A DNA stretch of 64,000 bases from Lama guanicoe (Eukaryota). The notes under the pieces are model-generated. The model was not told the DNA's origin, made no database searches, and was given only the letters and a program-made list of their open reading frames with translations. Below, piece by piece: positions 13,755 through 22,500 of the stretch (its first letter is position 1; each line of letters opens with the position of its first letter). The position numbers were made by a program, and so were the translations under genes. The DNA lies in assembly GCA_013239625.1 (NCBI GenBank), contig MU054400.1:2702282-2766281 (forward strand), in the 5' to 3' direction.

Positions 13755-15135
13755 TCTTTTGAGATGTCATATAATTTTAGATTTTTAGTTTGTAAACATG
13801 GTAAATTGCATTGATTGATTTTTAAATATTAAACACAAAATCTTTTGGATGTATGATGTTTTATTGGATTCAGTCTGATGAAATTTTGTTTAGAATTTTA
13901 GTGTTTATATCCCTGAGGGATACTGATCTGCTTTCTTTTCTTGTAATGTCTTTGTATGATTTTGGTATCAGGGCAACGTTGGTCTCATAGAATGTGTTGG
14001 AAGGTGTTCCTTCTTCTTCATTTTCCTGTTATATTTTGGTACTGTTCACTTTCTGGCATTATTTTTTCCTTAATTATTTTGTAGGATTCATCAGTGAAGC
14101 CTTTGGTCCTGGAGTTTTCTTTATGGGAAGGTTCTTAATTATAAATTCAACTTCTGAAATAGGTAGAGGACTGTTCAGGTAATTTATTCCTTCTATAATG
14201 AGTTTTGTTAGCATTTACCTCTCAAAAAATACATCCATTTCATTTAAATTGTCAAGCTTTTTTTTTTTTTGCATAGCGTTGTTGTCCAAAGACCCTCTAG
14301 TGTTGTTGTTGTTCTCATTCCTGTTACTGAAATTTGTGTCTTCTCTCTTCCATTCCTAGTCAGTCTGGCTAGAGGTCCATCAATTTTATTCATCTCCTCA
14401 AAGAATCAGCTTTTGGCTTCATAGATTTTCTCTGGTTTTCCTGTTTTTTATTGCATTGTTTTCCATTCTGATCTTTATTATTTCCTCTTGTCTGTTTACT
14501 TTGTGTTTAATTTGCTCTTTTTTTTTTCTGGTTTCTTAAGGTAGAAATTGATGTTGTGGGTTAGAGACCTTTCTTTTTTCCTGATGTAGGCATTTAGTGC
14601 TATAAAACTCCTCCTAAATACTTGAAGATACTTTAGTGGCATCTCAGACTTTTTCTAAAAATTGTGTTTACTGTCTGCCTTTTTCCCCCAGCTTTATTGA
14701 ACACAAATTCTGACATGTCATATTTTCAGCTTCCCTTTTGAATGTTCTTTGGCCCTGTTTCCTTTTATCCTTGCTTTCCCTGGCCTTGGGTAGTTTCATC
14801 ATATGCATGTGCTAATCAGTACTTTTCTGAATATTGAGAGGGACTGTCCGCAGCCCTCTAAAGTGCTCACTCTCTCTGTACATCGCTCTCTTCCCTGCTA
14901 CTCTGTCCTTGTGAACTCTGCCCTCCTCGACCTCCCTAGACTCTCAGTTATATCTCCTTAACTTAGAGAATTGGATTCTGTCTGGGTTCCCTCACCCTGA
15001 GCCATAGCCTTCACAGTCCTGTGTCCGCTGCCTTGAAAATTGTTGTTTTCAAGTGTTTTGTTCTGTGTGTTGTTAGTTTGGTTGGGAGGTTGAATATGTT
15101 CCCTATTATTTCATTTTAGTCAGAAGCAGAAACTG
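13755..15135 (-). mobile_element. Old L1M fragments (ORF2 endonuclease-linker region, then 5'-end-like segment)
   Basis: ttttggtatcagggcaacgttggtctcatagaatg..., tcagtgaagcctttggtcctggagttttct..., aagaatcagcttttggcttc are antisense L1 ORF2 signatures. Confidence 0.8.
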
Positions 15136-15139
15136 GTGG

Positions 15140-15395
15140 TACTTTTGTATTTGTTTTAATAACCCAGTGTTGAATGTTAAAATCAATTTATTGTGTTATT
15201 ACAAACATTAGAAAATGAAACAGTATAAAATAGAAAATTAAAGTATTACTGTATTCCATGTACTAAGAGAAAATAAGTTTTGTTTAGTGAAACTTTTTTT
15301 TAGTTATATGCATGTATGTATATATACATTGGATTATGATATAAAAAGCATTTCTTACTGTAGGTCATGGTGAAAATAGTTTCAGAAACACAGTT
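15140..15395. mobile_element. hAT-like DNA transposon relic
   Basis: Ends catttcttactgtaggtcatggtgaaaatagtttcagaaacac, similar to a Charlie-family terminus. Confidence 0.45.
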
Positions 15396-15929
15396 TCAGG
15401 TACTTCATGGTCCGGTCCAGGCAGGAGCCTGCAATTCTTAGTCTCCATTTCTGCCTTGAAGAGTTCACATGATCTAGGGAAAATGATCTCTATTTCATTT
15501 TGTCCCTCTGAAAAATATTTGCAATCTCCTACAAAGCCATGGTGTGAGAATCCCTGATATCTCTGTGAAATATCTTATAGGTCTTAAAATTGAGACAGAC
15601 TCATAATTCTATCAGTTAAGGAATAGTTATTGATTACCCAGTATGTTTCAGGCACTGTGCATGAAAACGTGGAGGTACCAGCATGAACCAGAGGGAGGCC
15701 CTCTTTGGCCTAGAGCCAGAATATACTTGGCTACCAGAGGAGGCAGAAGGTATGATTTCAAGAAGTGCTATGAAAACTCACAGCACAGAGAAGATTGTGG
15801 AAACAGGAAGGAGGGTGTCCAGGGAGAATCATTCAGATGGACTTGCAGGGTTAGAGGTTAAGAAAGCAAGAGTGTAGATGGTAGCTTCAGTTTATCTCAT
15901 TAAACATACACACACACACACACACATAT

Positions 15930-16150
15930 ATTTCATTAAACACAAAGATATATATTTTAATACCTATTATGTCCCTGAGATGTATTAAAGAAAAGAATAA
16001 AGATCCTTGCTTTCACGGAGTTTTCATTCTACTTGGAGAAATATTATACACAATAAATATAATAAGTTAAGTGATCCGTTAAAAGATGGTAAGTACTAAG
16101 GAAGAAACCAGGCAGGAAGGGAAGGGTGCTCAGAAGTGGGGCTGCCAGTT
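15930..16150. mobile_element. L2 fragment, preceded by (CA)n at ~15909-15926
   Basis: tacctattatgtccctgag...gatccttgctttcacggagttttcattcta. Confidence 0.6.
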
Positions 16151-17173
16151 CTAATTTTAAGTAAGAAGTATTCAGTGGGGCATATTTAGAATCTGAATAT
16201 AATACTAGTATATATCTGTTATGATACAAATTCTAAAAATATTCTAACATAATTAGAATCTTCTTGTCTGCAAATCACTCTAATAAAAGTGTTGGTCCTT
16301 TGGATATTGCATTGACACTTTGAAGCCACTAGGGCTCAAATAGGCCATCTCTGGGGAAAAATGGGATGAGGGTGGGTTTGTGAGAGAGATGTGGGTAATT
16401 ATGTACACACCCTTCCCCCAGATGTTCCGCAGGGGCAGCTCCATTAAGGCCACTGGCAAGACAGAAGGAGTGTGACTGTGTGATCTGGACCAAGACCTTT
16501 TTGCCCTTGGCTTCTCTTTCTTGGCACATCCTCACCCAGCGGGGGCCGAGCAGAGAAATGAACTTCAGACTGGCCATTCAGCACCCAATGCGTGTCACAG
16601 GCGAGTAATGGTGGAGAAAGGCAGGCCTGCTGGCTTTGTCTTCCCGCCCTGTAACAAGAATTTTGGATGCTGTGCGAGGATTCCCGCTTACACTCAGTAC
16701 CCGGGGTCTGTACAAAAGCCCCACTAAATGCTTTCAGTTCCATTGTAATATTTAAGGCGTCGCCGAGATCTGAGCATTCATCTTGACGTTCTGTATTCTC
16801 AGTCGTTCCCACCCCCGGTATCTCGGACAGATCCGTGACCATTCTTATCTTTTAGATGAGATCCCATCCAGTCGCCCTTTTTCGCGCAGAGGGCTGCCCG
16901 CCTTTTCCCAGGCGAAAGCTAGGACTGGCGAGCCGCGCACCGGTCGGGCAGGGGCGCGCACGCGTCAGACGCAGCTGGTTGCGCATCTGGAGCCAGAGCG
17001 CGCCCCCAGCGCAGTGCCCGCCGCGGCCGCGGGTTGGTGCTCCCAAGCGTGCCGGGCGCTCTCTCCCCGCGCGGGGGCACCAGAGCCCTCAGAAGTGTCA
17101 GGCACTGCGGTGCATTTTCCCAGTTCCCTTTTAAATGACTGCGGAAAAACAGACTCTCCTAGCCGCAAATGGG

Positions 17174-17408
17174 AAGACGGATTCTCAGACAGGGCTTGCG
17201 AATGCCCCGCAGCCATCATTTAACTACGCCCTCAGAGCAGTTACGGTTTGTCACCCGACCCTCCCGGATCGCCTCCTTTGTCCCTAGTGAGACCCCGAGG
17301 CTCTGCCCGCGCCGGGCTTCTCAGTAGCTGGATGCATGTCGTGCTCCGGGCAGCGCTGGCGCAGGGCACGCGTTCGCGCACACCCGCGCACACACGAAAA
17401 CGCGCAAG
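17174..17408 (+). other. NTRK2: NTRK2 non-coding 5'UTR exon A (upstream promoter)
   Basis: Resembles the start of the long human NTRK2 mRNA as I recall it (AAGACGGATTCTCAGAC...CACGCGCAAG). Donor AAG|GTACGG at 17409. TSS approximate. Confidence 0.75.
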
Positions 17409-17936
17409 GTACGGCAGGGGAGCGAGGGCTCTGGGTGCCCCGCGTGGGGGGGTGGGCATCGCGGGGAGTGAAGCTACGAACTGGGAATGGCTACATCCTG
17501 CCAGGTTGAAGGATGAGAGAAAACGATACGGCGCCACACATGGGACAGGCCAGGGTTGCTGCCGCGCATTTAGGGAACCCAATACGCGTCAGGCGCGCTC
17601 CCTTCCCCTCACATGTCTCTATTTCCCGGGCATGTGATGCCCGAAAACGGCAGGAAAAAGACCCACCTAGAGAGCTAGAGTTGCGTTTGGAGATTCCCCT
17701 CCCTCTGCAAAAGTACCGACAGGAAGACCCTTCAAAATCACCGATCCCCAAATAGATGACCCGGAGTGGGGGCGGCTATCCTTGGTTTCCAATGCTGGAC
17801 ACGTTTTGGGGTTAACGATATTTATTTATTTTTCAGATAGCTCGTCCTCCCTTTTAGACAGGATGGGGAAGGAGAATGCAGCAGGGAGGGAGAAGGGAGG
17901 GAGGATTCCTATAATAAGAATCAGCGCATTTTTCAG

Positions 17937-18059
17937 AGCTGAACCGAGCCCGGTTTCCATTTCAAAAAAGGAGACGGCCTCTACTGCGATTTTAGAAGAG
18001 ACCGCGGTGTGAATTAGGGACTGGGAGGCGTCGGAGCGGAGGACCCGTCCATCTCAGAG
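17937..18059 (+). other. NTRK2: NTRK2 non-coding 5'UTR exon B
   Basis: tttttcAG acceptor, GAG|GTACCT donor. AGCTGAACC...CATCTCAGAG matches the recalled human leader segment. Confidence 0.75.
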
Positions 18060-18333
18060 GTACCTGAATCTAAATGCACGCACACACACGCACACACAGG
18101 CGCGCGCGTCTCCACGGCCAGGCTGTGTGCGGGTGTGCGCGTGTGTGAACTCCCACATGCTGCTGCTGTCTGCTCCTGGCCAGTGGCACCGATGCCTCCC
18201 TCCTCCCTGCTCGCCCCCAGATTCCCCTCCCTTCCCTGTTGCTTTTGTCTGGAGGGTGTTATGGGTTTGTGTGTGTATGAGCGTGTGTGTTTTTGGATTT
18301 CAGACTAATTTTCTGGAGTTTCTGCCCCTGCTC

Positions 18334-18356
18334 TGCGTCAGCCCTAACGTCACTTC
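18334..18356 (+). promoter_or_regulatory. Tandem CRE-like sites (TGCGTCA, TAACGTCA) with overlapping Inr-like TCACTTC
   Basis: CGTCA at 18336-18340 and 18348-18352. A CRE pair in the downstream trkB promoter is known to mediate Ca2+/cAMP responses in rodents. Confidence 0.75.
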
Positions 18357-18371
18357 GCCAGCAGTAGCAGA

Positions 18372-18389
18372 GGCGGCGGCGGCGGCGGC
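18372..18389 (+). repeat. (GGC)6 trinucleotide repeat in 5'UTR exon C
   Basis: Read directly. Confidence 0.95.
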
Positions 18390-19084
18390 TCCCGGAATTG
18401 GGTTGGAGCAGGAGCCTTGCTCGCTCCTTCGCTCGCGCTCTCGGAGCTCCGTGCCCAGCGGCAGGAGGAGCCTGGACCCAGGCGCCGCCGGCGGGCGGTA
18501 GGCGCCGGAGCCCGGGTGAGCAGCGCGGACCGTGCCCTCCGTCGTCTCGGCCCTCGCTGTCCACCTTGGGGCGGCCGCGGCTGCTCCCCAGGTGGGACAC
18601 GCCGCGCCACCTGCCCGCGACCCCTGAGGCCAGGGGCCGCGGCGGATTCTGCAGCATCATTCGAGGGCCCCGACGCGGACCCATCGCCCTCGGCAGTCTC
18701 CGTGTCCCCCTTTAAAAGGCCCTACACCTGGCCTGTGCCATGGAATCCTGACTCGGGGACCCTTGCCCTGTTTCCCCTCCCTCAACCTCAGGCTCGGAAA
18801 GAGGGCGGGCACACTGATGCCATCGAGGGGCAAGTTTATTTCTAGGGCCGGAGCTCGGCACTCATCCGTCCACAGTCTCCGGGCCGGGCGCGGGGTGGGG
18901 TTGACGCGAGCGCGGAGGGAGAATGCCCCAATTCGTGGCGTATGGGGTCCTGAGCTCAGTCTTCTGCGTGTCTGTTTGTCCTCAGCCCCGAGGTGCGTCC
19001 CGGATCCCAGCGCGCGTCTAGCAAGGAGCCTGCTCCCCAGAGCGTCCCGGGAGCGCCGCCGGCCGGTGCTGGGCTCGCCGGGCC

Positions 19085-19123
19085 ATGCAGCGGTGGCCTC
19101 CGCGGAGCTCCCAGCGGCGGTAG
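19085..19123 (+). other. uORF1 (MQRWPPRSSQRR*)
   Basis: gccATGc start, 12 codons, TAG at 19121-19123, inside the 5'UTR of the first coding exon. Confidence 0.7.
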
Positions 19124-19146
19124 CGCCCCCTGTGCAGAGGCCCGAG

Positions 19147-19164
19147 ATGCCCCTACCGCTGTGA
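19147..19164 (+). other. uORF2 (MPLPL*), same frame as the main CDS
   Basis: gagATGc start, TGA at 19162-19164; 19348-19147=201 nt. Confidence 0.7.
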
Positions 19165-19347
19165 ACCTTGCGGCCCGCCAGGACACGCTCAGCCCCGGAC
19201 GCGCTCGGCTCTGCGCGCCTGCGACGAGCACCGAGCGGAGAGAGCGGCGAGCGCGGCCAAGGCTGCCCAGCACCGGCAGGAGAGGCCGGCCGGTGCGGCG
19301 CAGGGACACGTACTCAGTCTGACTCGGGCTGGCACTGGTGGCTAGGA

Positions 19348-19559
19348 ATGTCGTCCTGGACGAGGTGGCATGGGCCCGCCATGGCGCGGTTCTGGGGCTT
19401 CTGCTGGCTGATCATAGGCTTCTGGAGGGCCGCTCTCGCCTGTCCCACATCCTGCAAATGCAGCGCCTCTCGGATCTGGTGCAGCGACCCTTCTCCTGGC
19501 ATCGTGACATTTCCGAGGTTGGAGCCTACCAGTGCGGACCCTGAGAACATCACTGAAAT
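19348..19559 (+). CDS. NTRK2: NTRK2 coding exon 1 (signal peptide + Cys cluster 1/LRRNT), 212 nt coding, ends phase 2
   Basis: ATG at 19348, translation [70 protein letters not shown](I), donor AT|GTGAGT at 19560. Confidence 0.98.
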
Positions 19560-22500
19560 GTGAGTTCTTCCTCCCTCCGTCCCTCGTCGCCCCTAGGGCC
19601 TGGGCTGGTCCGGCAGGTCCGTCTTGGGCATGAGTGTTGTTTCAAGTCTGGGGAGAAGTCAGAGGTGAGAAATACAGGACTAGGCCATCTGTCAGTTACC
19701 TATTTCACTGCCTTAGGGCTGCTAACATGAGAAGTGTGACAGTTTAAAATGTTTTAAATATTATATGTCTATTGTATTATATTCCTATACACCTTATATA
19801 TCAAAGCCCTGCTGGGTGTGCTTTAGGCTTTCCATATACAATAACTTAGTCTTGGATATTTTTGTTTCATAAGGTGCTATGTGCATGCTGTGTTAGGAGA
19901 AGTTCCAGTAATATTTACTAGAAAGGAGGGTAAAATAATTAACTTACAAAAAATCTGTAGAAGGAAGTTTGAGTCTCTCCCTTACCGTCTTTCTCCAAGA
20001 TTTGGAATTCACCAGTTTTCCTTTTCATTTTATATATCAGGTTTTGCTTAGGAGATTGCATCCAGAGATGGCCTTGAAAATGATCTGTAAGAGGAGAAGT
20101 TCTGAGTGTTGAAATGCACTCGCTCAAAAGGGAAAATGTGATCGTTGGAAGCCTAAAAGCCTAGTCTGATCTAATTTGGACTTGACTTCCCAGAGATAAA
20201 ATGTTGAGACCATTTGGATTATAAATCTTAATTGCCCATTGAATAATTCCCCAGGACGAGGATGAATGATAAAGCAGTATGTAGTACTCTGGCTGAATGC
20301 TGCCTTTAGCCTGGGACCCTGAGGTCCCGGGAAATGTTTGTGCTTGTCCTGGTCCAGTGGAGAAGCAGAACTGTGTGTTTCTGTCCTCCTCTTCTGATGC
20401 CTTGTGACAAATTCATCACCAAGTAGGAATTCACCAGTCCTTTCTCCAGCATTCCCTTGTCATCTCTCCTAGAGGTGTTGTTTTCTCCCCCTCTTTGCCA
20501 TTTTATACGTTTCATTAACATGAGATTTTATCCATCCATATAGAGGATTGTAAGGCACAGTTTCTCTGGGTTGGCTTTCTTGATGGTGTTTGACAGCAGG
20601 ATAGGCAGCCTGAAAGTAGAGCTTGGGCTGTGGCCTTCCGGTTGGCGACTGCGCATGCATTTCCCCCCACCCCCCACGGAAAACGCACACCCTGGTTGTG
20701 CCAACATAGTTGACCAAGATAACCTGTTTTTTAATGTAAGTAAGAGACCTTCCTTGGCTCTGTTGTTTGTTCTGCTGGTGATTCTCATGTGAGGAGTCTC
20801 AGGCAGAAGGAAATGACAACAGAACAGAGGGGAAACATGCCGGTCCAGTAGTGCTAAGATGTGCCGGGAGCAGCCAACTGTCAGGCTGGATCCAGGATGC
20901 TCAGATCTCCACTGTTTGGGCAAGGAGAGCAGCAGGCAGGGCTGGAGGGGAAGGGTGGGTAGGGCCCTGACCGCTGGCCCTGGCTTGGGCTGGTCCAGGC
21001 TTGCCAGGCTGGTCAGACTGTCTGTGGCCTTTTGTTAAGATCTGTGTCTTTTTCATGAGATGGGGTGTCGGTAGTCAGATGGAGTAAGCCATATGGAATT
21101 CAGAGCCCTTCAGACTATTTTGAGACCATGGGGAGTGCCTGTATACAGTTAGATATTGGTTTTTTTGGTAGTTATTTTAAAATTTTGTATTATGTGATAG
21201 ATGTATAGTGAAGGAGGAAACATAGGACTAATGATTTTTTTCACTTTACTATTCTTTAAGGCCATAATTTGAGGAAAAAAATAAAACTCTTTAAATAAAA
21301 AAAATACTATTTTACACCTTAGTGGTCTTAGCTGCCTAATACATGTGAAATTAATAGATTTGAGTAGAGCTTTCTTATATCAGGTCTCACAATTGTTGTT
21401 GGTTCTTTTTTCTCTGATGGCAAGTTCCTATTTTCAGGCTTAAGTTTTTTTTTTTTTTTTTAATATTTACCAAAGCATTTATCACAGTTACTCACTCAGT
21501 AATGGCTAAGAGTAACTCCTAATTTCTACTCATTTTTTTCCTTTTGATTTGAAAATTCATTTGAGATTGGGAGAATGGAGAGATGTGTAGGCTAAGTGTT
21601 TAGGATGAGGAATCAGGTTAGCAACGTGAGTCAGGCTGATAGAGGTGAGCTCTGAGCAAAAGGACTTTTCTCCGCTCATTCCCTCAACTATATTTGAGCC
21701 CAGTTGGTTTGTGCTTCAGTGTCTTTATCTGTAAAATGTATTGAAATCCTTGTTTGGAAAGCACTTCATATAATTATTTTGAATTCTGCTGCTTTGATAT
21801 CAAAATGACATCAGTGGATGGGCCTGTTTCGTTCTCATCCTTATATGACACCATCTGTCCTCTCTTTCTTACATATTAATATTTGCTTGAACAGCTTTTA
21901 AATTCTTGGCCAGTGGATACCAGCTACAGTTGGAACCAAATTACACTTTTTTTTTTTTACTTTGTGATTAGACCCAAAGCTATTCCTAAAATAACCTGTT
22001 TTAAAGTTCTAGTTTAATGGTATTTAGCTGAAATTACATGTTTCTATTTTTTTTAAAATAGGACTAGTGTAACTAAATAAACTGTGATTAGAACTTGCTG
22101 AAGGAACAGTTTACTGTATCATTTAAAAATAGAAAATCTTTTAGTATTGATATGTTGGGGGAAAAGTACAACCACTGTGCCTTCTAGGGTTCAGAGAGAG
22201 CCCATGGTAGAACAATTTAAAAATAAATACATAGACTAATTAAGAGAGAGGATTTTATTTTTTTATTTTACGTGCATATTTTAAGCCAAACTGACATTTC
22301 ATTTTCAGAGTCATTGTTTGAACCTGTTTTATTAAAAATCTTCCCATCACAGTATGTCTCATACTCTTTACCCACTCATGTGACCTATGTCTAGATCTAT
22401 ATCTTTCTGTCTGTAGATACACATCACACCTGCCCACAATCACAATGCTGATCTGTGCCAGCTCCTGTCGTTTGGAGATGGCTATACCAAAGCAGTGCTA

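Larger units (their letters stand above)
18304..18515 (+). other. NTRK2: NTRK2 non-coding 5'UTR exon C (also contains the downstream promoter/TSS)
   Basis: tttcAG acceptor, CGG|GTGAGC donor. Contains the CRE pair and (GGC)6. Matches the recalled human leader. Confidence 0.8.
18986..19347 (+). other. NTRK2: 5'UTR part of the first coding exon of NTRK2
   Basis: Polypyrimidine tract tctgtttgtcctcAG acceptor at 18984-18985. GC-rich leader runs continuously to ATG 19348. Confidence 0.85.
16750..19620. promoter_or_regulatory. CpG island / NTRK2 promoter region
   Basis: Abrupt rise in GC and CpG density (many CGCG, GCGC, GGCGG) against CpG-depleted flanks. Overlaps all 5' exons. Confidence 0.93.

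Noticed and set aside
1..16700. Possible upstream gene or antisense lncRNA
   Set aside because: No spliceable coding signal was recognised and much of the region is decayed repeats. A lncRNA cannot be supported or excluded from sequence alone.
16329..19322. Many overlapping 80-146 aa ORFs on both strands across the CpG island
   Set aside because: Expected from stop-codon scarcity in GC-rich DNA. The products are low-complexity Arg/Pro/Ala/Gly with no recognisable domain, and many cross UTR splice sites.
20830..21010. p53-like half-sites AAACATGCCG and AGGCTTGCCA
   Set aside because: Each is an imperfect, isolated half-site and they are ~160 bp apart.
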